In this document: positions 21,327 to 32,159 of the stretch, one piece after another
Layout of the letters: each line of letters begins with the position of its first letter
Numbering within the stretch: position 1 is the stretch's first letter
Assembly (NCBI GenBank): GCA_963815195.1
Contig: CAWFGE010000015.1
Location: 352,001-416,000, forward strand
From: an uncultured Planctomycetaceae bacterium
GTDB lineage: Bacteria > Planctomycetota > Planctomycetia > Planctomycetales > Planctomycetaceae
Length of the DNA: 64,000 nucleotides
Direction of reading: 5' to 3'
Position numbers and translations under genes: made by a program
The notes under the pieces: generated by a model
The model's input: the letters and a program-made list of their open reading frames with translations, nothing else
What the model was told of the DNA's origin: nothing
Database searches by the model: none

Positions 21327-22589
21327 TTAGGAGAACAACTCCGCGATCGGCTTGCCGTTGTCCACGAGTTTCATCGGCCGTTGCAGCGGCGTGAGGACTT
21401 CGGTGTTGGGATCGATGCCCAGGGCCCGGCAGAGGGTGGCGTGGATGTCGGGCACCTTGACGGGGCGGTCTTTCGGTTGATAGCCGTCTTTGTCGGACGA
21501 GCCGACGACCTGGCCGCCTTGGATCCCGCCGCCCGCCAGGAAGCAACTGAAGCAGTTCGCCCAGTGGTCGCGGCCGGCGTTCATGTTGACTTTGGGGGTC
21601 CGGCCGAACTCGCTGATCATCACGATCAAGGTTTTTTCGAGGAGGCCCGACTCGGCGAGGTCTTCGACGAGGGCCGCGAGCGCGGGGTCCATGACGTCGC
21701 CGTGGGCCTGGAGAGCCGGGAAGTTGTTGCTGTGGGTATCGAACCCGCCGCGGTTGACCTGCACAAACCTGACGCCGGTTTCGACCAGCCGTTTCGCGAG
21801 AAGCGCCCCGCGGCCGAAGGTCGTGTCGCCGTAGCGGTTGATGGTCGTCGTGGGCACGGTGTCGAGTTCGAAGGCCTTGAGGGCCGGGCTCCGCATGAGC
21901 TCGACAGCGTCTTTCGTGGCGGTCTGGGTGTTTTTGAGCTTCGGCCCGCCTTTGCCCTGGTTGAACTTCTGATTGTACTTGGCGAGCACTTCCAACCGCC
22001 GATCGCCGCGGACTTTGGCGATGCCTTCGGGAAATGACAGATAAGGATCCTGCTCGCCGGGCGCGGGCACATAGTAGGCTTCGCACTCTTGCCCTAAATA
22101 AGAAGCCGTGCGAGCGCGGCCGCTCAAGGAAATGTACGCGGGCAAATCACCGAGGCGGTCGAGTTGATGGGCCACGACCGAGCCGATGCCCGGATGCACG
22201 AGGTTCCCCGCCTGGGTGTAGCTGGTCTGGAGATTATAAGTCGCCGGTCCGTGGGCTCCCTGGGTGCCGGCGATGGAGCGAATGAGCGCGGCGTGGTGCA
22301 TCTGTTGGGAGAGCATCGGGAAGATTTCGGAAATCTGCACGCCGTTGGCGGAGGTGTCGATTGGCGAAAACTCGCCCTGCGTGGGCCGGCCCGGTTTGGG
22401 ATCCCAGGTATCGAGGTGCGTCATCCCGCCGCCGTTCCAGAACAGGATCACATGCTCGGCCTTGGCTTTTTTGTCGCCCGTGCCCGCATAGGCGAGCAAG
22501 TGGCGGACCGGCAAACCGAGAATGGTGGCCCCGGTGGCTCCCAACAACGCACGCCGTGTGACACGGTAATCTTCGCATGAACTGAACAT
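21327..22589 (-). CDS. DUF1501 domain protein
   Basis: Tat-like TRRALLG; GGMTHLDTWDPKP, LAKRLVETGVRFV and SEFGRTPKVN...GRDHW motifs. Confidence 0.92.
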   Translation of the reverse strand: MFSSCEDYRVTRRALLGATGATILGLPVRHLLAYAGTGDKKAKAEHVILFWNGGGMTHLDTWDPKPGRPTQGEFSPIDTSANGVQISEIFPMLSQQMHHAALIRSIAGTQGAHGPATYNLQTSYTQAGNLVHPGIGSVVAHQLDRLGDLPAYISLSGRARTASYLGQECEAYYVPAPGEQDPYLSFPEGIAKVRGDRRLEVLAKYNQKFNQGKGGPKLKNTQTATKDAVELMRSPALKAFELDTVPTTTINRYGDTTFGRGALLAKRLVETGVRFVQVNRGGFDTHSNNFPALQAHGDVMDPALAALVEDLAESGLLEKTLIVMISEFGRTPKVNMNAGRDHWANCFSCFLAGGGIQGGQVVGSSDKDGYQPKDRPVKVPDIHATLCRALGIDPNTEVLTPLQRPMKLVDNGKPIAELFS

Positions 22590-22633
22590 AGATCGCTCCA
22601 TTTCGGGAAGTGAAACAAGTCACCGAGGTTTTC

Positions 22634-22714
22634 TGAGCGGTAGGCGCTAGCCTCCGGTCTCGATGAAGGGAAATCCCTCCAAATCAAAACCGGCAGCTAG
22701 CGCCGTGCCGCTCA
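22634..22714. repeat. REP-like inverted pair (TGAGCGG...GCTAG family, 'A')
   Basis: TGAGCGGTAGGCGCTAGCCTCCGGT ... ACCGGCAGCTAGCGCCGTGCCGCTCA; same family at 36053 and 37369. Confidence 0.75.
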
Positions 22715-22752
22715 CTTTTGCAAAGGAATTCATTCTCAAATCGGCTGTCAGA

Positions 22753-24906
22753 TTAGGGCAGGAATCGGAATTCATTCGAGTTCAAAAGAACCCAACGCAA
22801 GTCGGCCATGCCCGCGAGCTGGTCTTCCGAGGCTTTGACGACTTCCTGGGCCATCTGGATTTCCTCCGCGGTCGGCCGGCGGGTGAGGATTTCCTGATAG
22901 GCCAGTTCGATGGCTTCCTTCAGGTCGGCGGTTTTGCCGGCGAGGAGACCATACATCGGCTCTTTCTCGCCGACGCGCGAGGCTTCGTTCACGAGCCGGC
23001 CGTTTAAGATCATGAGTTGCTGCCGCATGGTGGCGGATTCATCCCGGAAATCGCCCAACTCCGATCGGCCCGGCTGCCCGAACACGCGGAGAAAATGCTC
23101 CGGCGGCGCGGGCGAGGCCATCAAAAACGCCGAGGTGAATTTCGGGTTGTCGTCGATCACCGTCTTCACGAAACGGTCGAAATACTCGGCCTGGCGTTTT
23201 TGGCTTTCGGCCAGCATTCGCTCGGCTTCGATTTCCTCGGCGGACTTGGCCACCATCTTATCGACCATCGCCGCGTCGTCGCCGCCGTCTTTGAGGATCT
23301 GGTTGAAGTCCACTTCAATCGCCCGCTCCAAATCGTAGCCGGCCTTGGGCTTTGCGGGTTTCTTTCCGTTCGACATCGCAGGCTTCGCGGGCTTGGCCTG
23401 GGCGATTTTGGCGGTGTCCAGTTTGGTCCCGCCTTCGGCCGGGTTTTTCATCACGCGGGTCTGCTGCCAGACGACTTTCATGTTCTTGCCCGCGGCATGC
23501 TTCGCGTCGAACAGATGCCCCGCCGTCACGATGCTGTCGTAAAGCGTCTCGCTGATCATCCGCCGCATCGGCGTGGCGAGGAAGGCCTGCTCCATGTCCA
23601 ACCGGGTCGATTCATCGACACTCTCGGCGTGGCTGCGCTGATAGGCTTCGCTGGTGACGATCCTCTGGACCAACATCCGCAAATCGTAGCCGTTCGCGAC
23701 GAACTCCTCGGCAAGATCGTTGAGGGTCTCCGCGTGGTGCGGCGGGTTGCTGTCGCTGAAATCGTCGATCGGCTCCACAAATCCCAGTCCCACGAGTTCC
23801 TTCCAGACCCGGTTGACGAACGCCCGCGAGAAGTAGCGGTTTCGCGGATGCGTGATCAGCCGGGCCAACTCTTCGCGGAGTTCGCTCGGCTGATAGCCCG
23901 CTTCGTTCACGTTGATTTTCTGCACGTCCTTCTTGGCTTCTTCGAGGACGCCCAAACCGCTGTCGATGTCTCCGGCAGTCCGCCGCTCCGCCCGGTCCGC
24001 GGCCGAGGCGAGCAGATCATCAATCGAAGCCTCGGCCGGTTTCTCTGTTTTTTTCTTGGCGGAATTGGCTTTTTGCTTCGAAGCCCGCAGTTGGCGGAGG
24101 CGGTCGATGTAGGCCAGCGAGCGAGAATCATCGACGAGGGCGACCGGGAACTTGGGCGGGACGGGTTTGCGGTTGTCGTCATCGATGCCGGGCGGCGGCC
24201 AGAGCACGGCGGTCTGATTCACTTCGGTGGTGTACGTTGCGAGAATGCGGTTGTTGAATCGCCGCTCGATCCGCCGGGTCTTGCCGAAGTAGGCCGCGAA
24301 TCCGTAAAAATCTTCGCGGGTCCATTTGTCGAAGGGGTGGTCGTGGCACTCGGCACAGGCCATCCGCACGCCCAGAAACACCTGCGACGTAATCCCCGCC
24401 AAGGCCAGCGGGTCGGCATTGTCGCTTAAGATGTAGCCCACTTCGGGCACCGCCCCGGACTTGCCGCCCGCCGAAATCAGCCGGCGGGCCAACTCATCGT
24501 AAGGCATGCGGTCTTCGAGCGACTTGTGGACAAAGGCCGTCAGTGCCGCCCCGCCCTCGGCGTTCGTTCGCAGGCGGAGCATGTCGGCGAAGAACGCCGT
24601 CCACCGCACGGAAAACCGCTCGTCGGCGAGCAGTTTCTCGACCGCCTGCTCCCGGCGCGTGGCTTTAGGCCAGGCGAGATATTCGTCGATCTCGCCGGCG
24701 GTCGGGATGCGGCCGATCAAATCCACGGACACCTTCCGCAGATAAGCCAGATCATCCACCAGCGGAGCCGGCTGAACTTGGACGCCCGCTTTGGCGTTCT
24801 CGGCATTCAAGATCTGATCCAGACCCCGGCCCGGCATTTCCGCGGCTAAAGGAGCCGCCAACAAAAACCCCACCGCGGGGAACAAACACAACGAGAAGCG
24901 ATTCAC
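22753..24906 (-). CDS. DUF1549/DUF1553 domain protein
   Basis: YLRKVSVDLIGRIPT, FLGVRMACAECHDHPFDKWT, FSRAFVNRVWKELVGLGFVEPIDD and DLRWVLLNSNEF motifs; GTG start. Confidence 0.92.
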   Translation of the reverse strand: MNRFSLCLFPAVGFLLAAPLAAEMPGRGLDQILNAENAKAGVQVQPAPLVDDLAYLRKVSVDLIGRIPTAGEIDEYLAWPKATRREQAVEKLLADERFSVRWTAFFADMLRLRTNAEGGAALTAFVHKSLEDRMPYDELARRLISAGGKSGAVPEVGYILSDNADPLALAGITSQVFLGVRMACAECHDHPFDKWTREDFYGFAAYFGKTRRIERRFNNRILATYTTEVNQTAVLWPPPGIDDDNRKPVPPKFPVALVDDSRSLAYIDRLRQLRASKQKANSAKKKTEKPAEASIDDLLASAADRAERRTAGDIDSGLGVLEEAKKDVQKINVNEAGYQPSELREELARLITHPRNRYFSRAFVNRVWKELVGLGFVEPIDDFSDSNPPHHAETLNDLAEEFVANGYDLRMLVQRIVTSEAYQRSHAESVDESTRLDMEQAFLATPMRRMISETLYDSIVTAGHLFDAKHAAGKNMKVVWQQTRVMKNPAEGGTKLDTAKIAQAKPAKPAMSNGKKPAKPKAGYDLERAIEVDFNQILKDGGDDAAMVDKMVAKSAEEIEAERMLAESQKRQAEYFDRFVKTVIDDNPKFTSAFLMASPAPPEHFLRVFGQPGRSELGDFRDESATMRQQLMILNGRLVNEASRVGEKEPMYGLLAGKTADLKEAIELAYQEILTRRPTAEEIQMAQEVVKASEDQLAGMADLRWVLLNSNEFRFLP

Positions 24907-25597
24907 GTGATGGACTCCTTGATCTTCAGGACGGGCAGGCCTTCGAAAAACCCCTGCTCTCTGGAAACGGAGTAAACCGATCTACAACTACTTATTGGTT
25001 CGGAACACCAAAGGGTTTCGGCCAATTTTCGATCTTTTTGCCAATCCGCCGGGAAAACCTGTTGACCCCTGGAAAACCAACAAACTAAGGGATTTCCCTA
25101 TCGAGCATACATAAACAGCATTTTATTTCAACTCCAACTCCATTTTTCCCCTTCGAGGTCTTACGATCTTCGGTATTTTTTTGTTCAGTAAAATCAACTC
25201 CAAAATAACCCAAACGGCAAAGAGCCAGTTTTTGAAGTTCCGCCGTCTTAGCCACGAAGTGGCGACAGCATGTAGAAAGGACTTGTTAATACGCCCAAGG
25301 TTATCTGCTTCCGTCGCTTCGCGACTCCGGAAAATCGCAACTTCAAAACTTGCGTTTGGGGCTTAGGGAGCAATTTACCGGATAGAGCGTGGTGTCCTTC
25401 TTTCGAGCTTTGGGACTTATCCGCGCTACGCCCAGGTTTGGTTTGGCTTCGTTCTGGGCGGGATGAAATTTCGAGGAATCTTTCGCCAACACGCCGCGAC
25501 CGTTTGACGGGCGGCCTGTTTCGCGGATAATGGGCGATGTTGGAGGCCACCACGCGGACAACCCTTATTTTTGTTGCCTTCGGAAAGGGAGAACATC

Positions 25598-26701
25598 ATG
25601 ATCGCGAAACGTTTGGGAATGGTTGCAGTCGCCTTGGCCATGTGCCTCGGACGCACGGGATTCGCAGCGGATGATGGCTTGGAGAAGGGCACGCCGAAAA
25701 TTCAGTCGGCGGGACCGATGGCGTTCGGTCCCAATGGGATTTTGTTCCTGGGCGATCCGAAGTCGGCCGCCATCTTCGCCGTGGACACGAACGACACCTC
25801 CGGCGACGCCGCCAACGTCTCCGTGAACGTGCCGAAACTCAACGAAAAAGTCGCCTCGCTTTTGGGCACCAAAGCCGACCAGGTGCAGATTGAAGACATG
25901 GCCGTCAACCCGGCCAGCGGGAACGTGTACCTCTCGGTGTCCCGCGGGCAAGGGCCCAAGGCCCAACCGGTCGTGGTGAAAGTCGATGCCTCCGGCAACC
26001 TGAGCGAGTTCTCCTTGAAGAACGTGCGGTTTGCCAAAGCCGACCTGCCCAACGCCCCGGAAGACAAAGTCGTCGGCGAAGGCCGGCGGGCGCAGAACAA
26101 CCGCCTGTTCTCGATCACGGACATGTCCTACATCGACGGCCGGGTCGTGGTCGCGGGTCTCAGCAACGAAGAGTTCTCCTCGAACCTGCGGGCGATTGAG
26201 TTTCCGTTCTCCGACGTCGACGCCGGGGCCAGCGTGGAAATCTTCCACGGCAACCACGGCCGCCTGGAAACCCGCTCGCCGATCCGCACGTTCGTGCCCG
26301 TCATGCTCAACGGCAAACCGGAAATCGTCGCGGCCTACACCTGCACCCCGCTCGTGCGGATGCCGCTCGCCCAACTCAAATCCGGGGGCAAAGTCACCGG
26401 CACCACCGTCGCGGAGCTCGGCAACCACAACCGCCCGCTGGACATCATCGCCTACGAAAAAGGCGGCAAGCAATACCTGCTGATGGCCAACAACCCCCGC
26501 GGGATGATGAAAATCGACACCGACGGGATCAAGGCTCAGAAAATCAATGAGAAAGTGAAAGAAGAGAAAGCCGGCTTGAAGTACGAAACGATCGATTCGC
26601 TCAAAGCCGTGGTCCAAATGGATCGGCTCAACAAAGAGCACGCGGTCGTCCTCATGCAAACCGACGCCGGGACCGACCTGCAAACCATCGCCCTGCCGTA
26701 G
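25598..26701 (+). CDS. Secreted hypothetical protein (likely beta-propeller)
   Basis: RBS AAGGGAG and signal peptide; blade-like motifs MAFGPNGILFLGD and DMAVNPASGNVYLSV. Confidence 0.8.
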   Translation: MIAKRLGMVAVALAMCLGRTGFAADDGLEKGTPKIQSAGPMAFGPNGILFLGDPKSAAIFAVDTNDTSGDAANVSVNVPKLNEKVASLLGTKADQVQIEDMAVNPASGNVYLSVSRGQGPKAQPVVVKVDASGNLSEFSLKNVRFAKADLPNAPEDKVVGEGRRAQNNRLFSITDMSYIDGRVVVAGLSNEEFSSNLRAIEFPFSDVDAGASVEIFHGNHGRLETRSPIRTFVPVMLNGKPEIVAAYTCTPLVRMPLAQLKSGGKVTGTTVAELGNHNRPLDIIAYEKGGKQYLLMANNPRGMMKIDTDGIKAQKINEKVKEEKAGLKYETIDSLKAVVQMDRLNKEHAVVLMQTDAGTDLQTIALP

Positions 26702-26738
26702 TCGGCCGAAAACCGATTTGTGTCTGGTCTCACCATCG

Positions 26739-26767
26739 GCCCGGTTCCGCGCGGAGCCGGGCTTTTT
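26739..26767 (+). terminator. Rho-independent terminator
   Basis: GCCCGGTTCCG-CG-CGGAGCCGGGC followed by TTTTT. Confidence 0.7.
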
Positions 26768-26797
26768 GATGGAAATGTTCGCGAAAGGAAATCCACG

Positions 26798-27968
26798 ATG
26801 ATGCTCCGTCCCCGCGCCGCCTGCTGTCTTTCCTTCGTCGCCTTCGTGTTCGCCATCGCCTTTTGCCAATCGGTCTTTGCGGGAGACGATGACGCAGTTT
26901 CTTCGCCAAAGATCCTGATTGACCGCGCCGGATCAACCGGAAGACCGCACGATTGAAGTGCAAAACGTGCCGGCGGCATGGCAAAAGCAAATCCAGGCTT
27001 GGAAAGAAGACGATCCGCATTGGCGGGAATGGTTCGCCGTCTATGTGGGCCAGGCCCCCAAGCCCGGCCAGCCGGCGATGCTGGGATCGTTTGAACCTTT
27101 GAAAACCGGGTTCCGCTTCGTGCCCCGGTTTCCCTTGGAGCCGGGCACGACGTATTGTGCGAAGTTGAATCTGCCGGGCCAAAAAAGTCAGCTTGAAACT
27201 TTCGCGCTCCCCGCCGACAAACCCGAGCATCCCACCACGATCGCGGCGGTGTATCCGACCGCTCAAAAACTTCCCGAAAACCTGCTGCGGATTTACATTC
27301 ACTTCTCGGCCCCCATGAGCCGAGGCCGATCTTACCGCCATCTGCACCTGGTCGATCAGACAGGCGAAGAAGTCCAGAACCCGTTTCTGGAATTGCCGCA
27401 GGAATTGTGGAGCGCGGACCGCACGCGGCTCACGGTGCTGCTCGATCCCGGCCGCGTCAAGCAGGGGCTCAAGCCGCGCGAGCAATCCGGCCCCGTGCTC
27501 GAACCCGGCCATCGCTACACGTTCACGATCGATGAGGATTGGCACGACGCCAAGGGCTTTCCGCTGGATAAATCGTTCAAGCGAACATTCCTCACAACCA
27601 AAGCCGACATCACGCAACCGAACCCCGCGGAATGGAAAATCGCGCCGCCGAAAGCCGGCACCCGCGAACCGGTCTCCGTGACGTTCGATGAACCGCTCGA
27701 CCACGCGATGCTCGAGCACGTGCTGAGCCTCGTGGGAGCAGACTCCGCCGAGGTGGCCGGCGGCATCGAAATCGATCAACATGAAACCCGCTGGCGGTTC
27801 ACGCCCAAAGAGCCGTGGAAAGCGGGGCGGTATTCGCTCAAGATCCAAACGAGTCTCGAAGACCGCGTGGGCAACAGCATCGCCCGGCCGTTCGAAGTCG
27901 ATCTCAACGAACCCCAACCGGCAGAAGTGCCGAAGGTGTTGCTGCGGGGTTTTGAGATCAAGAACTGA
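26798..27968 (+). CDS. Secreted hypothetical protein with Ig-like domains (frameshift near 26915)
   Basis: Signal peptide in ORF 26720-26956 joins ORF 26919-27968; LPENLLRIYIHFSAPM, VTFDEPLD and LEDRVGNSI motifs. Confidence 0.7.
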
Positions 27969-28002
27969 GTCATCGAGCGATCCGGAAAGATTAAGATTAA
28001 GA

Positions 28003-28147
28003 CGGTTGGGTGGCTGGGGCGCCAGATTCCTCTCTGAATTGTGGGAAGCGAATACTGGGGCAGTGGACGCGAGAGAAATCACGCACATGGCCCCAGTTTT
28101 CGGAACGCGTTTTTCGCTTGATCCTTTTCTCTGGGCCCCAGCCACCC
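28003..28147 (-). repeat. Diverged, inverted copy of the 140-bp element found at 4680-5260
   Basis: Same GGGTGGCTGGGGC/GCCCCAGCCACCC ends and a colinear interior in reverse complement; flanked by GATTAA/GAGTAA hexamer runs. Confidence 0.85.
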
Positions 28148-28233
28148 TCCGGAAAGAGTAAGAGTAAGAGTAAGAGTACGATTAAGATTTAGACTCCGTT
28201 GATGATCGCAGCTTATTGTCCGAAGTTTCCGCC

Positions 28234-29186
28234 ATGCCCAACACTCTTGAAAAAATCCAAGTCATCGACAGCCACACCGGGGGCGAACCCACGCGGGTCG
28301 TGATTTCCGGCGGGCCGGATTTGGGCGGCGGGCCGCTGACCGAACGGCGGGCAAGGTTTCGGGAGGAGTTCGACGAGTTCCGCTCCGCCGTGGTCAACGA
28401 GCCGCGCGGCTCGGATGTGATCGTGGGGGCGATTCTCTGCCCGCCGACCGATCCCGCGTGCATCACCGGCGTCTTGTATTTCAACAACGTCGGCTATCTG
28501 CACATGTGCGTCCACGGCACGATCGGCTTGGTCGTGACGCTCGCGCATCTCGGCCGGATCAAGCCCGGCGAACACAAGATCGAAACCGTCTGCGGCATCG
28601 TCACCGCGACGCTGCACGAAGACGGCCGGGTCACCATCAGCAACGTGCCCAGCTACCGCAGCGCGAAAGATATTTCTCTCGATGTCCCGGCGCCGGCCGG
28701 ATCACGGGCGATGTGGCCTGGGGCGGGAATTGGTTTTTCCTGGTCAACGATCACGCGGAAAACATCGATCCCGCCAACGTGGAGCGGCTGACCGAAGTCA
28801 GTTGGAAGATCCGCAAGGCTTTGGAAGCGGCGGGCATCACCGGCGACGACGGCGGCGAGATCGATCACATCGAACTCTTCAGCCCCACCGATCTCGCCGG
28901 GGCCGACAGCCGGAATTTCGTGCTCTGTCCCGGCGGGGCTTACGACCGTTCTCCCTGCGGCACCGGCACGAGTGCGAAGCTCGCCTGTCTCGCGGCCGAT
29001 GGAAAACTCGAGGAAGGCCAAACCTGGCGGCAGGCGAGCATCGTGGGCAGCGTCTTCGAAGGCCGGGTGACGCCGCTCGCAGGCGGCCGGGTGATTCCGC
29101 ACATCACCGGCTCGGCTTATGTGAGCGCCGAGGCCACGCTGCTTCTGCAAGCGGACGATCCGTTCCGCATGGGGATTCGCCGATGA
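28234..29186 (+). CDS. Proline racemase family / 4-hydroxyproline 2-epimerase (frameshift near 28690)
   Basis: [16 protein letters not shown] and DRSPCGTG catalytic Cys motifs split over two frames. Confidence 0.88.
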
Positions 29187-30442
29187 CCGGCGAGCGCGGG
29201 CATGTCGCGATCATCGGCAGCGGCGTGATCGGGACGGCATGCGCTTATTATCTTTCCGAAGCCGGCTGGCGGGTGACGATGCTCGACCGCGGCGGCTTTG
29301 GGAACGGTTGCTCGCACGCCAACTGCGGGCTCGTTGTGCCCAGCCACATTCTCCCGCTCGCGATGCCAGGCGCGGTCCGCTCCACGCTGCGAACGATCTT
29401 TCAAAAAGACTCGCCGTTGGTCATCAAGCCCGGCTTGAACTGGGGACTGTATCGTTGGCTGTTTCAGTTCGCCCGCCGCTGTAAACATCGGCCGATGATG
29501 GAAGCCGGCCGCGCGAGGTCCGCGCTGCTCAATTCCTCCGTGGAACTTTACCAAGACCTGATCGAAAAAGAATCCCTGGACTGCGAATGGCAGACCGCAG
29601 GGGCGCTGTTCGTGTACCAGTCGAAACACGCCCTCGAGCACTTTGCCCGCACCGATGAAATGCTCCGCGAGCACTTCGGCATGGGAGCGAAGCGGCTCGA
29701 CGGCGAAGAGCTTCTCGAAATCGAACCCGCTCTCAAACCGGGTCTCGCGGGGGCCTGGCTTTACGAACGCGACGGCCACCTGCGGCCCGACCGTTTGCTC
29801 ACCGCCTGGCGAAACGTGCTCGAGGATCGGGGCGTGACCATTCGCGAGCACACGGAGGTTCTGCACTTTCGCGAAAACAAAACGTCGCTGACTTCGTTGG
29901 AAACCAGCCAAGGCGAAGTGGCGGCGGATGCGTTTGTGGTCTCGGCGGGGGCGTGGACGCCGCTATTGAATCGGGAGCTCAAATGCCGGATTCCGATTCA
30001 ACCGGGAAAAGGCTATTCGCTGACGATGCCCCGCCCCGCGGTTTGTCCGAAGCGGCCGCTGCTCTTGGAAGAGCATCGCGTGGCGGTGACGCCGATGCAG
30101 ACCGGTTATCGCTTGGGCTCGATGATGGAGTTCGTCGGCTACGACACGTCGCTCGATCCCCGCCGATTGCAGATTCTGAAAGACGGGGCCGCGGTGTATT
30201 TGAAGGAACCCTGCGCCGAACCGGTGGAGGAACGCTGGTTCGGCTGGCGTCCCATGACTTACGATGGGATTCCCATCATCGGCCGGGCTCCCGCTTATGA
30301 TAACGTAATGATCGCCGCCGGGCATAACATGCTGGGCCTGTCGATGGCTCCTGCGACGGGAAAACTCGTCGCCGAGCTGCTCGCGGGCGAACCGCCGCAC
30401 GTGGATGCGAAACCATACCGCGTCGAGCGGTTTTCCTCGTGA
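29183..30442 (+). CDS. FAD-dependent D-amino acid dehydrogenase
   Basis: IIGSGVIG Rossmann motif, [23 protein letters not shown] and [18 protein letters not shown] overlap with the epimerase. Confidence 0.9.
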   Translation: MTGERGHVAIIGSGVIGTACAYYLSEAGWRVTMLDRGGFGNGCSHANCGLVVPSHILPLAMPGAVRSTLRTIFQKDSPLVIKPGLNWGLYRWLFQFARRCKHRPMMEAGRARSALLNSSVELYQDLIEKESLDCEWQTAGALFVYQSKHALEHFARTDEMLREHFGMGAKRLDGEELLEIEPALKPGLAGAWLYERDGHLRPDRLLTAWRNVLEDRGVTIREHTEVLHFRENKTSLTSLETSQGEVAADAFVVSAGAWTPLLNRELKCRIPIQPGKGYSLTMPRPAVCPKRPLLLEEHRVAVTPMQTGYRLGSMMEFVGYDTSLDPRRLQILKDGAAVYLKEPCAEPVEERWFGWRPMTYDGIPIIGRAPAYDNVMIAAGHNMLGLSMAPATGKLVAELLAGEPPHVDAKPYRVERFSS

Positions 30443-30500
30443 GGAATTCGTTGAAGAACACGTCCCCCAAATCAAGGAACCCCAGCCAACGGTGACAAAC

Positions 30501-31880
30501 ATGATGAACCCGATCGGTAAGATTCTCCTCGCGGCGTTTTTGCTCTGCGGGGTGCCCAAGGCTTTACTGGCCAAGCCGCCGCACGTTTTGTTGATCATGG
30601 CCGATGATCTGGGGTGGAAAGATTTGCATTGCCAGGGGAACGCGGTGCTCTCGACGCCGCGGCTGGATGCGTTCGCGAAACAGGGCGTGCGGTTCACCAA
30701 CGCCTATGCCGCGGCTCCGGTGTGCTCGCCCACGCGGGGGGCTTTGATCACCGGCCTCGCGCCGGCCCGGCTGCACATCACGCAGCACGGGGCCGACGGC
30801 AAGCCGTTCTGGCCCGAAGACCGCCCTGTCCAGCCGCCGCCGGCATTGCACGAACTCTCCCACGACACGACCACGCTCGCCGAGCGGCTCAAAGCGGCCG
30901 GCTATGCGACGGGCTTTTTTGGCAAATGGCATTTGGGCGGCGACAAAAAGTTCTGGCCGACGGAGCAGGGTTTCGATGTGAACGTCGGTGGTTGCGGGTA
31001 TGGCGGCCCGCCCACGTATTTCGATCCGTATCGCATCCCCGCCTTGCCGCCGCGGAAGAAAGGCGAATACCTGACCGACCGCCTCGCGGACGAAGCGATC
31101 GCGTTTATGCGGCGGGAGAAATCCCAGCCGATGTTCCTCTGCTTGTGGACTTACAATCCGCACTACCCGTTCGAGGCTCCCGCCGAGTTGATCGAACACT
31201 TCAAAGGAAAAACGGGGCCGGGGCTCAAGAACCCGATCTACGGCGGCCAGCTGGAAGCGACCGACCGGGCCGTCGGCCGCGTGCTCGATGAACTGGATCG
31301 GCTGGGCCTCGCCGAGGAGACGTTGACGATTTTCACCAGCGACAACGGCGGCTGGTCGGGGGCGACCGACAACCGCCCCCTCCGCGCGGGCAAAGGTTTT
31401 CTGTACGAAGGCGGTTTGCGGGTGCCTTTGATCGTCCGCTGGCCGGGCGTGACCAAAGCGGGGACGGTGAACGACACGCCGGTGGTGAGCATGGACTTGT
31501 CCGCGACGATTCTCGATGCCGCGGGAGTGGGGCTCGCGAAGGAGGAATCCCTCGACGGCGAAACGCTGCGGCCTTTGTTTAAGGGCGGCAAACTCGAGCG
31601 GGATGCGCTGTTTTTCCATTATCCGCATTTCGCGTTTCACAAAGCGAACCGGCCGGGCTCCGCCATTCGCCGGGGGCAATATAAATTGATCCTGCGGTAC
31701 GATGACCAGTCGGTGGAGTTGTTCGATTTAGAAAGCGATCTGGGCGAAACCAAGAACCTCGCCGCCGCCCGGCCGGAATTGGCCCGGCAATTGAAAGCTC
31801 GCCTGGAACGCTGGCTCCATGAGACAAAGGCGAATTTGCCGACGGCTCGATCGGCTGAACGAGCCAAAACAGAACGTTAG
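30501..31880 (+). CDS. Sulfatase
   Basis: ADDLGW, CSPTRGALITG (CxPxR), GKWHLG and FTSDNG motifs. Confidence 0.95.
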   Translation: MMNPIGKILLAAFLLCGVPKALLAKPPHVLLIMADDLGWKDLHCQGNAVLSTPRLDAFAKQGVRFTNAYAAAPVCSPTRGALITGLAPARLHITQHGADGKPFWPEDRPVQPPPALHELSHDTTTLAERLKAAGYATGFFGKWHLGGDKKFWPTEQGFDVNVGGCGYGGPPTYFDPYRIPALPPRKKGEYLTDRLADEAIAFMRREKSQPMFLCLWTYNPHYPFEAPAELIEHFKGKTGPGLKNPIYGGQLEATDRAVGRVLDELDRLGLAEETLTIFTSDNGGWSGATDNRPLRAGKGFLYEGGLRVPLIVRWPGVTKAGTVNDTPVVSMDLSATILDAAGVGLAKEESLDGETLRPLFKGGKLERDALFFHYPHFAFHKANRPGSAIRRGQYKLILRYDDQSVELFDLESDLGETKNLAAARPELARQLKARLERWLHETKANLPTARSAERAKTER

Positions 31881-32159
31881 CGCGGGTGGAAACGCGCCCG
31901 AATTCTTGCCGCTCGTGAAAAGGCGCTCGCTGCGCACCGCCCGCTGTTCCAGTCCCTTCTCGACGTTTCTGGCGATCGCCCCCCAGTTTCGCCGGCGGGT
32001 TTCCGGGAGGACTGTTTCCATGATTTCACTCGGTTCCCGCGGGAAAATTCCCCACGCGGGTTTCATTGGAGGCCCGATGTTGCCGGCGGCGGTTGCGGGC
32101 TAGAGTGGCTTTAGTCACCCGAGTTGTTTTTATGCCCGCTGTCATAAAGGATTTGATTG

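Noticed and set aside
5345..24906. Canonical Tol-Pal, TonB uptake or Bam locus
   Set aside because: No TolB, Pal, TonB C-terminal domain, TonB-dependent receptor or BamA recognised; the TPR similarity to BamD/CpoB is generic.
24907..25240. ECF-sigma promoter for the large operon
   Set aside because: GAAACC-like hexamers are present in the AT-rich spacer, but I cannot support a specific -35/-10 pair.
28234..29186. Programmed ribosomal frameshifting in the epimerase and other split genes
   Set aside because: No slippery heptamer with a downstream structure seen; shifts are scattered across unrelated genes, which fits sequencing error.
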